Positions 50,567-62,500 of a DNA stretch of 64,000 nt are shown piece by piece; the stretch's first letter is position 1; each line of letters starts with the position of its first letter. The stretch lies in assembly GCA_950097015.1 (NCBI GenBank), contig CATNEN010000038.1:28086001-28150000 (forward strand), written 5' to 3'. The DNA is from Macrostomum hystrix. Lineage: Eukaryota; Animalia; Platyhelminthes. The notes below the pieces were generated by a model. That model was not told the DNA's origin. It was given only the letters and a program-made list of their open reading frames with translations, and ran no database searches. The position numbers were made by a program, and so were the translations under genes.

Positions 50567-53500
50567 ATGACCAGCCTACTAGATCTGTCCCAGCTGACGG
50601 CGCGAACAGACCGAGCTAGCCTGGTTCGCGCCCCGGTGCCAGCCTCGCCCTACGTTACGGACAATGTTCGGACGGCTAACAGCGCCAGGCAGGCGTTAAT
50701 CGAGGCCCGCAAGAAGCGTGTACTACTGCAAGCTGTTGCAGCTATGCAGGACATCGAGAGACTGGCTGCGCAACGTGAGTCGACTTTTTATTAGCCCCTT
50801 TAAAGGAAATTTCCTGGGATGTTTTATGTAAGCTTTGTATGTCAATGAATTCTTTAAGCGATTACTCCCATGGTTGGACCAATTGCTTACGATTCCTTTA
50901 CGAGCGTAAAATATCTTTTTTCTGGTCCTTTGTTTAAGAATTTGTTCTTTAGTTCTTACTTATAACGAATTGATTCTTTGGTCCTTTAAGTAGGTTCTCT
51001 ATAGTCCTACAAAAATTCTCTCCGGTCCTTCAAAGTTCACCTCCCTAATCCTTCAAGAAGGTTCTCTCCGGTCCTTCAAGGTTCACTTCCCTGATCCTTC
51101 AAGAAGGTTCTCTCCGGTCCTTCAAGAAGGTTCTCTCCGGTCCTTCAAAGTTCACTTCCCTGATCCTTCAAGAAGGTTCTCTCTTGTCGTTCAAGAAGGT
51201 TCTCTCCGGTCTTTCAAGAAGGTTCTCTCCGGTCTTTCAAGAAGGTTCTCTCCGATCCTTCAAGAAGGTTCTCTCCGGTCCTTCAAGGTTCACTTCTTTG
51301 ATCCTTCAAGAAGGTTCTCTCTTGTCGTTCAAGAAGGTTCTCTCTTGTCGTTCAAGAAGGTTCTCTCTTGTCGTTCAAGAAGGTTCTCTCTTGTCGTTCA
51401 AGAAGGTTCTCTCCAGTCCTTCAAGAAGGTTCTCTCCGGTCCTTCAAGGTTCACTTCTTTGATCCTTCAAGAAGGTTCTCTCTTGTCGTTCAAGAAGGTT
51501 CTCTCCGGTCTTTCAAGAAGGTTCTCTCCGGTCTTTCAAGAAGGTTCTCTCCGATCCTTCAAGAAGGTTCTCTCCGGTCCTTCAAGGTTCACTTCTTTGA
51601 TCCTTCAAGAAGGTTCTCTCTTGTCGTTCAAGAAGGTTCTCTCTTGTCGTTCAAGAAGGTTCTCTCTTGTCGTTCAAGAAGGTTCTCTCTTGTCGTTCAA
51701 GAAGGTTCTCTCCAGTCCTTCAAGAAGGTTCTCTCCGGTCCTTCAAGGTTCACTTCTTTGATCCTTCAAGAAGGTTCTCTCTTGTCGTTCAAGAAGGTTC
51801 TCTCTTGTCGTTCAAGAAGGTTCTCTCCGGTCTTTCAAGAAGGTTCTCTCTTGTCGTTCAAGAAGGTTCTCTCCGGTCTTTCAAGAAGGTTCTCTCCGAT
51901 CCTTCAAGAAGGTTCTCTCCGATCCTTCAAGAAGGTTCTCTCCGGTCTTTCAAGAAGGTTCTCTCCGATCCTTCAAGAAGGTTCTCTCCGATCCTTCAAG
52001 AAGGTTCTCTCCGGTCTTTCAAGAAGGTTCTCTCTTGTCGTTCAAGAAGGTTCTCTCTTGTCGTTCAAGAAGGTTCTCTCTTGTCGTTCAAGAAGGTTCT
52101 CTCCAGTCCTTCAAGAAGGTTCTCTCCGGTCCTTCAAGGTTCACTTCTTTGATCCTTCAAGAAGGTTCTCTCTTGTCGTTCAAGAAGGTTCTCTCCGGTC
52201 TTTCAAGAAGGTTCTCTCCGGTCTTTCAAGAAGGTTCTCTCCGATCCTTCAAGAAGGTTCTCTCCGATCCTTCAAGAAGGTTCTCTCCGGTCTTTCAAGA
52301 AGGTTCTCTCCGATCCTTCAAGAAGGTTCTCTCCGGTCTTTCAAGAAGGTTCTCTCCGGTCTTTCAAGAAGGTTCTCTCCGGTCTTTCAAGAAGGTTCTC
52401 TCCGGTCTTTCAAGAAGGTTCTCTCCGATCCTTCAAGAAGGTTCTCTCCGGTCTTTCAAGAAGGTTCTCTCCGGTCTTTCAAGAAGGTTCTCTCCGATCC
52501 TTCAAGAAGGTTCTCTCCGGTCTTTCAAGAAGGTTCTCTCCGGTCTTTCAAGAAGGTTCTCTCCGGTCTTTCAAGAAGGTTCTCTCCGGTCTTTCAAGAA
52601 GGTTCTCTCCGATCCTTCAAGAAGGTTCTCTCCGGTCTTTCAAGAAGGTTCTCTCCGGTCTTTCAAGAAGGTTCTCTCCGATCTTTCAAGAAGGTTCTCT
52701 CCGGTCTTTCAAGAAGGTTCTCTCCGATCCTTCAAGAAGGTTCTCTCCGGTCTTTCAAGGTTCAGTTCCCTGATCCTTCAAGAAGGTTCTCTCTTGTCCT
52801 TCAAGTAGCTTCTCTCCGATCCTTCAAGAAGGTTCTCTCCGGTCTTTCAAGAAGGTTCTCTCCGGTCCTTCAATAATGTCTTTGGTCCTTCAAATAGGTT
52901 CTGATCCTCCAAAACAATCGGTTGTATTTTTTCTAAATGACTTGGCTTGCTTAGTATTATTAATTAAAATCTCAATTGCCTTGATTATCACAGCCGACTC
53001 GCTAAAGTACATTGAGGAGCACAAAGTCCATCGTGACATCATCGACTGCCTCAAGGAGTTCCAGCCAAGCGAGCGGACCGACACGGAGTCCGCCCAGAGA
53101 CTGCAGTGCGCTGCTTATTCGGCGCTTCTTGTACTCAGCGGCCGGACTCAAAAGCTGCGAACTTCCATTCAGATTAATCAGGATTTGCTGTGAGTAAAAA
53201 ATGTTCTCATCAGTTTTGCTGCATCGGGAATAAGATTGAACACAAAATTTCGGTCAAATTTACCAAATCCCTATAATGCATCAGAATCAACGTCAGTCAA
53301 TCACAATCGATTCAATTACATTACTTGTAATCGATCCTATCCAATCACGATCGATCCTATTCAATCACAATCGATACTATCCAATCACGATCGACCCTAT
53401 TCAATCACAATTGATACTATCCAATCACAATCGATCCTATTCAATCACAATCGATTCCATCCAATAACAATCGATCCTATTCAATCACAATCGATCCTAT

Positions 53501-56500
53501 CCAATCACAATCGATCCTATTCAATCACAATCGATCCTATCCAATCACAATCGATCCTATTCAATCACAATCGATCCTATCTAATCACAATCGATCCTAT
53601 TCAATCACAATCGATCCTATCCAATCACAATCGATCCTATTCAATCACGATCGATCCTATTCAATCACAATCGATACTATCCAATCACAATCGATCCTAT
53701 TCAATCACAATCGATACTATCCAATCACAATCGATCCTATCCAATCACGATCGATCCTATTCAATCACAATCGATACTATCCAATCACAATCGATCCTAT
53801 CCAATCACGATCGATCCTATTCAATCACAATCGATACTATCCAATCACAATCGATCCTATCCAATCACAATCGATTCCATCCAATAACAATCGATCCTAT
53901 TCAATCACAATCGATCCTATCCAATCACAATCGATACTATCCAATCACAATCGATCCTATTCAATCACAATCGATTCCATCCAATCACAATCGATCCTAT
54001 TCAATCACAATCGATCCTATCCAATCACAATCGATCCTATTCAATCACAATCGATCCTATCCAATCACGATCGATCCTATTCAATCACAATCGATCCTAT
54101 CCAATCACAATCGATTCCATCCAATAACAATCGATCCTATTCAATCACAATCGATCCTATCCAATCACAATCGATCCTATTCAATCACAATCGATCCTAT
54201 CCAATCACAATCGATCCTATTCAATCACAATCGATCCTATCCAATCACAATCGATCCTATCCAATCACAATCGATCCTATTCAATCACAATCGATCCTAT
54301 CCAATCACAATCGATCCTATTCAATCACAATCGATCCTATCCAATCGCAATCGATCCTATTCAATCATAATCCTGAAGCTATCTTTATTGCATATTTAAG
54401 TATAAGGAAAGTTATAAGTAACATAGAAAACTAAAAAAAGCCACTGATATATCGGTCGGAAAGTTTTTGTTGACATGAAACAAGCAATAATTAAGTCTAT
54501 TACGTAATCTCAATAACTTTCAGCCTGCCCACAAATAAGACTGACATTTTTCAAGTAGACAACCAGAAGCATATCAACTACCTATGACAGCTTTTTTTAT
54601 CTAAACAGTTATAGTTTAATTTTCACTTGCTAAGTCATACCTGCCGATCTAAAGTTACTGTCGGTGACATTAGCTATATTATATAAAAGTTAAGTAACCG
54701 ACAAATATAATAACAAACCATAGGGCAGGTGTTGTATAAAAGCTATATCAAAGTCTGTCACACATGTGACAGACACAGCCAAAGGTCAGAGATAACAAAA
54801 CTGTAAACATTTCGCATGCACTTGCTTAAAATATCAGCAAATTTTTACTTTTCTTTTTTATAACTTAAAGTGAGATATGTAACTCAAATACATCGTGTTA
54901 CTAAAGTGAGCTAATTGTCAAATTTCTAAATTCACCTTAGAATCCCGAATCTCTTATGAACGAATTCACCTAAAAAAAAAATCCCTTCTCATTAAATTCA
55001 TCTAAAATCCGGAATCCCATCTCATTAAAATTCGTCAAAAATCCCAAATCCCATCTCATCAAATTCTTCTAAAATCCGGAATCCCATCTCATTAAAATTC
55101 GTCAAAAATCCCGAATCCCATCTCATCAAATTCATCTAAAATCACATATCCCTTCTCATCCAATTCGTCGAAAGTCCCAAATCTCAATCACAGATTGGTT
55201 CAATCTCATCAAGATGATGAGATGATGACAAGATGAGAACGACATCTCATCAAATTCTTTTAAAGTCCCAAATCCCATCTCATTAAAATTCGTCAAAAAT
55301 CCCAAATTCCATCTCATCAAATTCTTCTAAAATCCCATATCCCTTCTCATCCAATTCGTCAAAAGTCCCAAATCCCATCTCATCAAATTCATTTAAAATC
55401 CCAAATCCCATCTCATCAAATTCTTTTAAAATCCCAAATTCCATCTCATCAAATTCTTCTAAAATCCCAAATCCCTTCTCATCCAATTCGTCAAAAGTCC
55501 TAAATTCCATCTCATCAAATTCATTTAAAATCCCAAATCCCATCTCATCAAATTCTTTTAAAATCCCAAATCCCATCTCATTAAAATTCGTCAAAAATCC
55601 CAAATTCCATCTCATAAAATTCTTCTAAAATCCTGAATCCATCTCTAAAATTCGTATGAAATCTGAAATTTAAAATTATGCGCCAACATTAACAGGCGTC
55701 ACCTTACGGAGTCTCTTGAGTCGCTAATTGACGCCGGTTCTATTAAGATGCAGCGCCATCTGGACCTGCTGCTCGAGTTGCTGTGCTCAGTCCAGCTAGC
55801 CGGCCCACTGCGTCGATGCATGTGGCGCCACGAGAAGATTGTCAACTTCGCTAAGGCTGCCTTCGTCGGCGGCTCTGATGGCGCGGACTCTCAGGTGAGC
55901 TAGCCTTGTTGTCTGACGAAGGAGTGGGGTGGGAGGCTTCGCTGTCCAATCAGAGAGTTGCCATCGTTGTCTTTGACATTGTATTCTGTCAAACTTTCTT
56001 TGCCATACAGAGCAGGCGCTAATACTCGTAGAACTAGAACTGTTATACTTGGGCCCTCAGCCAGGGGGTCATTGGCAGAGCGGTGAACGCGTTTGCCTCT
56101 TACGCCTAGGTCCCTGAGCTCGATTCCGCAGCGAGGCCACATTTATTTGGGAGTGTAAGTGTAAAATACCTAAGAAAGTCAGGGCAGATGTACACACCTG
56201 TGTGAGCATATGCCTGCGTATAGTATCTGAGTGCGTGTGTGCCCAGGAGTCAGCGAAATGGGCAGAATTGCCTCCTCGCTGGTTGCGGGTCACCAAATGA
56301 TGTGCGATTGCCCACAGCATTTCTGCAATTATAATTATATGACATATTATTTTCCATACTACTTCCAGGACCAAACGGTGCTGATGGTGAGGGCGTCAGC
56401 CCTGCTGCTAGACACTTATTACTGCTCTTCCAGCTGGGCTGATCACGTGACACGCTTCTTCTGCGAGCAGCACGCCCGCCTCTCCGGCCTGCTGGCTCGC

Positions 56501-59500
56501 CGATTCTCTGTCGAGTTCTGCATGCGCGCCCTCTGCCCGCTGTTTGGCGAGCTGTGCCGCGCCTCCGGCGAGTTCCGACGCCGAATGCTGGCCGACGGTG
56601 TTCATCGCCAGCTGGCCGAGTCAATCAGGCAGTTGTGCAGGCAATACGGCAGCATGCCTGAGCTGCTGGCTTTGAATGTGGAGGCACTGTGCCGCTTGCA
56701 TTGCCAGGTTTGCAATCCTAAATAGCCTCATGTACATTGGCGTGAGGTGGCTGTTTAATGTACACTTTGTGGAAAATTTCCGATGTGACCTTGGAGGGAA
56801 TTCCGATTTTTTACTTTACGAGCTGGCTGTCATTCTGCTAGTCTAGCTAGAAAATGTACATACAAGCTTTAAAGGAGTGAGTGTGGAAAGTTCCTGGATG
56901 TGACCTTGACAAAACCCGAATCAGCCAAACAAACTTGATGAACTTTGTAATGAAGTTTTTGCGGCTGTGGGTTGAATAATACGGCTATAAATTTAGAATT
57001 AGGAAATTTCTTTATTGACCTTGGCTTGGCCTACTAGCCTTGCAGCCGATTGGTGGAGACTTTAAGGGGCGGTTGGCCGTTTATTGGTGAGGTTGTGGCA
57101 CTTGTTATGAGTGGAAAATTCTAATTTCCAGCAAATGCCGATATCAACATGACCATGTTTCTGTAGATCCTGACATCGCAATGTGTCTGTAGATCCCGAC
57201 ATCCTCACGTTTCTGTAGATCCGAGATCCCAAGTGTCTGTAGATCCCAACATCCCTATAATGATCCCTGTAATGACATTTTTGACATTATATTTCGCAAT
57301 CCTCGTCTTTAGACAGCGGCGCCAACTGCACCGATAACGCCGCCAACAACGCCGCCGACTAGTCCGCCGGCAACGCCGCCGCCTAACGATTCCATGGCTG
57401 CGTCAATGCCAACGTCAAACGCTGTAGCAGAAGCGGTACGCGATGCCAACCTATTGCCTGAGATTCTGAGCGTTCTACTGCGCTATCCGGATAGACATCA
57501 GAGCTTGCAGCTGGCCTGCTTCACCCTGTACTCTTGTACAGTGGATTGCGTCTATAGTGCAGCAGGCGCAGGCACTGCCGCTTCCGGCTCGCAGTCGGAG
57601 TTGGATTGGCTGCGGGCCATGCAGCTTGGATTTCTGCACTACGCGCACGAAGAGGAGATCACGGTTAGTGTGGCCTCTGTGAGGCCCTGGGTTGCAATGG
57701 GTTTTTGAGTCTAGGGTAAATGACACAATTAGTATGAGTGAGTCAATGGGTGAGTGAGTCAAGGGGTGTGAGTCAAGGGTTGAGTGAGTCAAGGGGTGAG
57801 TGAGTCAAGGGGTGAGTGAGTCAAGGGGTGTGTGAGTCAAGGGGTGAGTGAGTCAAGGGGTGAGTGAGTCAAGGGGTGAGTGAGTCAAGGGGTGAGTGAG
57901 TCAAGGGGTGAGTGAGTCAAGGGGTGAGTGAGTCAAGGGTTGAGTGAGTCAAGGGTTGAGTGAGTCAAGGGTTGAGTGAGTCAAGGGGTTAGTGAGTCAA
58001 GGGGTGAGGGTGTCAAGCGGTGAGGGTGTCAAGGGGTTAGTGAGTCGTGTGTAATTGGCGTGCGTTGTGTGTAGTGTGCGTTGGCGCTGGGGCGTTAGAC
58101 CTTGCGGGGGGTGGCTGGGGGCGGGTGTACACCGCCGCGCGCTCATCTGGATTTCCGTCAGCGCGATTGGATAAAGTGTACACTCGTCACCCGCCCCCCC
58201 CTGAGGACTGATTTCTATCAGCCTTCCGCCCCGGCTTGGTCTGCTCTGTGCGTGTGCGGGCCTGGGGTGAGAGGCACTCCGGCTGCCGCCCCCTTCCCCG
58301 CTTGGCTTGCTGCTGTGTGTGTGAGGTGCCTGCTCAGGGGAGGCGGCGCGATGGGCGGCTCTCGCCTAGTTCGCCGGCCTGGGGGCATGCCGTTCCTGTG
58401 TTTGTGCGTCAAGTGCCCCAGGCCCCCCTGCAAAGTAAGTAAGTAAGTAAGTGAGTCAAGGGGTGAGTGAGTCAAGGGGTGAGTGAGTCAAGGGGTGAGT
58501 GAGTCAATTAAGGGGTGAGTTGAGTAAAGGGTTGAGTGAGTCAAGGGGTGAGTGAGTCAAGGGGTGAGTGAGTCAAGGGGTGAGTGAGTCAAGGGGTGAG
58601 TGAGTCAAGGGTTGAGTGAGTCAAGGGGTGAGTGAGTCAAGGGGTGAGTGAGTCAAGAGGTGAGGGTGTCAAGGGGTTAGTGAGTCAAGGGGTGAGTGAG
58701 TCAAGGGGTGAATGAGTCAAGAATGTAGGTTTGTACTATTGGTGTTCAATTAGTTATACAAAAAATCACTCCAATTTAATTTCAGCAAGCAATGTGCTTT
58801 GCATTGGCCAGACTGCTCCGCTGGCGACCAGAACTAGTGGCTCACATTGGCGACGAGCCAAACCAGTGAGCAACTCAATGATAAACTTATCGTTTTAGCG
58901 TTGGCAATGCTGTGTGATCTTACTCTATTATAATCTATTGAAACTAATCTTTGTTTCTGCCTCTCATCATCCTCTTAAATTATCAGAAGCTTTCCCGTAT
59001 TATCCTAATCCTACTCTTATTTACCTAATACTTCTTTTATTATCCAAATCGTTCTCTTCTTATCTTAAGAAGAGAGGTTGTAGTCTAGTGGTTAGAGCGT
59101 CGGTCTCACGACCTGAAGGTCGGGGGCTCGATTCCTGACTTCACTGGAACTATTTGTGTCCTTTAGCAAGACACTTAACTCTGCATTGCTTCAGTTCACC
59201 CAGCTGTTAAATGGGTACCAGCATTAGCTGGTGGGTGTGGCGTCCCCCCAGTCCATGGACTGATCAGCCGTACGCAGCCTTCAGATGAGCCGCGCAATAG
59301 CTGCGGCTGTGTTGTCGGCTGCACATCTTGCCCAATCGGACAGGTGTAATCAATTATTATTATTATCCTAATTCTTCTCTTCTTATCTTAATCCTTATCT
59401 TATTATTTTGATAATATTCTTATTTTTCTAACAGTTCTAAGAGTTTTCCGATTCTCATTGAAATTGGATCCAATCGACCTTCGCCTTAGGTACCCGATTC

Positions 59501-62500
59501 ACTCGCACATTCGGCTGCAATTCGCCAACAAAGACCACAAGCCGCGCCTAATGACAGCCGTACTAGACGCCGTGTTTTGGCTAGCGGTGCAGAATCAGCG
59601 AATGCAGAACCTGCTAGCCACGCAGAGTCTTGGCGGCGGCGGCGGTGGCGGCGGTGACCAACGTCCGTCCACGGAGGAGTCCACCCCGATGCTGATCATT
59701 GGCTGTCTGACAATGCACGCCGACATTGACGAGATCTACTATTACGGTTTCAGAGCTTTGCGAGCTCTTTGTGTGTTTAGCAAGGAACGAAAATTGAACA
59801 TCTACCTGCTGAGCTGCATGGCCGAGGATCGCTGGAGCATCCTTGATCTGATTGGACGAAGCTTTTATCGATTCAGAGCCAACTGTCTAGTCCTGACTGA
59901 GGCTGTGACACTGCTGGCCTGTCTGGCCGATGTTGGTAAGTTTCTGGAGTGCCGAATTAATTGCTAAGTGTCTGTATAGATCCCAACATCCTCACGTGCC
60001 TGTATAGATCCCAACATCCTCACGTGTCTTTAGATCCCAACATCTTCACGTGTCTGTAGATCCCGACATCCCAAAGTGTCTGTAGATCCACACATCCCAA
60101 AGTGTCTGTAGATCCACACATCCAAAAGTGTCTGTATAGATCCCGACATCCCAAAGTGTCTGTAGATCCACACATCCCAAAGTGTCTGTAGATCCACACA
60201 TCCAAAAGTGTCTGTATAGATCCCGACATCCCAAAGTGTCTGTATATCCACACATGCCAAAGTGTCTGTAGATCCACACATCCCAAAGTGTCTGTAGATC
60301 CACACATCCCAAAGTGTCTGTAGATCCACACTTCCCAAAGTGTCTGTAGATCCACACTTCCCAAAGTGTCTGTAGATCCACACATCCCAAAGTGTCTGTA
60401 GATCCCAATATCCCAAGTTTCTTCAACCTCGAAATCATACCAGTGTTGACAGTTGAATCATGCTGATCGGAAATTCCCAAATGAATAAAACCAAGCTTTG
60501 AAAACTTGCACTTTTGTCAGACCTAATCAGGCATCAGTGCCTAATTCCGAAGCCGAGCAGCTTTCATCATGGCGGCACAATGTCTCGCAGTCAGCAGCAA
60601 CAGCAGCGCCAGCAGCAGATTCTGCAGCCGGCTCTGCACAAAGAACTGCTGGAACTGCTGCGCGATTGCCAGGGCAGCAGTCGGGAATTCGTTGAAGCCG
60701 GCCTCGAGTGCCTCTGCGTGCTGGCTGCTGCGGGTTTTGAGACCGACTCAGAGATGGCTGTGCTGGACTTGCTGCTGGTTGCTATGCAGCGACATAGGTG
60801 CGCGTCCCTCTGTACCCTCTCCCATGTTTCCTCTCACCCGTCTTGATTCTCCCCTTTCTCCGCTCTCCTGTCTCCTCTCTCCTTTTTCCTCTATTCCGTC
60901 TCCTCTCCCGTCTCCTCTCCCCTGTCTCCTCTCCCCTGTTTCCTTTTCCCTGTCTCCTATCCCCTGTCTCCTCTCCCCTGTCTCCTCTCCCGTCTCCTCT
61001 CCCGTCTCCTCTCCCGTCTCCTCTCCCGTCTCCTCTCCCCTGTCTCCTCTCCCTTGTTTCCTCTCTCCCGTCTCCTCTCCCCTGTCTCTTCTCCCCTTTC
61101 CCTTCTCCTCTGTTTCTTTTCCCCAGTCTCATCTATCCTCCATCCTTTCTATCCTTTCCCCTGTCAACTCTCTTCAAATTGTGTCAATTCTCTCTTACTT
61201 CTTTACAAGTCTCCGTTTTTTAATGAATTTTCTTTACCACACCCCAAACTATTCCCCCCTCCCATTCTCAAATCCCGCAGCGACTCCTACATAGTGCAGA
61301 AGTGCGGCCTGATCCTGCTGCAACTGCTGCCAAAGGAGCTCCCACGAACAGACGACAGTCAAGCTCTTGCTGAGCGTATCAGCTCCGCTCTAGTCGGCGC
61401 ACTGCGCGCCTTCCCAAACGCTCTCGGCGTCCAAGCCGAAGGCTGCGTAGCCGCTCTCCTACTTTGCCGACGCTGGCCTCGACTAGCCGCTAATCTAGTC
61501 GCGTGCGACGCATTCGACTGCCTATTCCACATAGTTCGCAGCAGTATGAAGAATAGAGGCCTACTCAGATTAGCCACCGAGTGTCTGCACGAACTGGCGT
61601 TCACTAGAAATCAACGCGACCCTGCCCTGATCCGAGCCATTCGAGCTGGGCACAGCAAGCAGGCTCGCTGCCTCCTAGAACTGGGCGCCAATCCCAACAC
61701 CGTCTCACCCCTGCCAACAGACGAGTCCAACAATAGTTCTCCAATCTGTCTGGCTTTGACTAGCATTAAAAGTGCAGCCGATCTGTTAGACACGGTGAAT
61801 TGTCTGCTTGAAAAAGGTGCAGTTAATACTCAATCGGCTTTGGAGAAGAGCTTAGCGTTGGGCACGGATACGGTTACTGGCCTGCTGCTCAAGCACCTGG
61901 GTTATTATAAGCGTGAGTTGTGGCTGTTATGTTCAACACAGATTTTTAACTGCAATCGTGCTTAGAAATTTTTTCAAAGAAAAAATGCGATTCTTAAAAA
62001 TGTATATTGGCAATTCTATAAAATATTTAAACAGCCTGTTCAAACATCTATAAATCTGTGCTAATCTGTGCAAGTGTGTGTAGGGGTGTGCAAATCTGTG
62101 CAAAAGTGTGTAGAGGTGTTCAAATCTGTGCAAATGGTGTGCAAATCTCTGCAAAAGTGTGTAGAGGTGTGCAAATCTGTGCAAAAGTGTGCAAATCTGT
62201 AAAAATGTGTGCAAAGGTGTGCAAAGGTGTGTAGAGGTGTGCAAATCTGTGCAAAGGTGTGTAGAGGTGTGCAAATCTGTGCAAAGGTGTGTAGAGGTGT
62301 GCAAATCTCTGCAAAAGTGTGTAGAGGTGTGCAAATCTGTGCAAAAGTGTGCAAATCTGTAAAAATGTGTGCAAAGGTGTGCAAAGGTGTGTAGAGGTGT
62401 GCAAATCTGTGCAAAGGTGTGTAGAGGTGTGCAAATCTGTGCAAAAGTGTGCACACGTGTGCAAATCTGTGCAAGGTGGCAGAGGTGTGCAAATCTGTAA

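Noticed and set aside
51184-54399. Long ORFs of 502 and 387 aa
   Set aside because: Stop-free readings of 23-bp and 20-bp minisatellites inside introns.
56255-56330. HDV-like ribozyme core GCC-TCCTCGCT-GGT in SINE A
   Set aside because: P3/L3 match, but no complementary P1 strand, no GG for P1.1 at the right spacing, no proper J4/2, and it is absent from the other copy.
58201-58225. Hammerhead-like CTGAGGA followed by a hairpin
   Set aside because: The required GAAA after stem II is missing.
59075-59150. Possible tRNA gene (also 9665-9745, 40185-40253, 56064-56140)
   Set aside because: No complete acceptor stem; each continues into a SINE body and tail.
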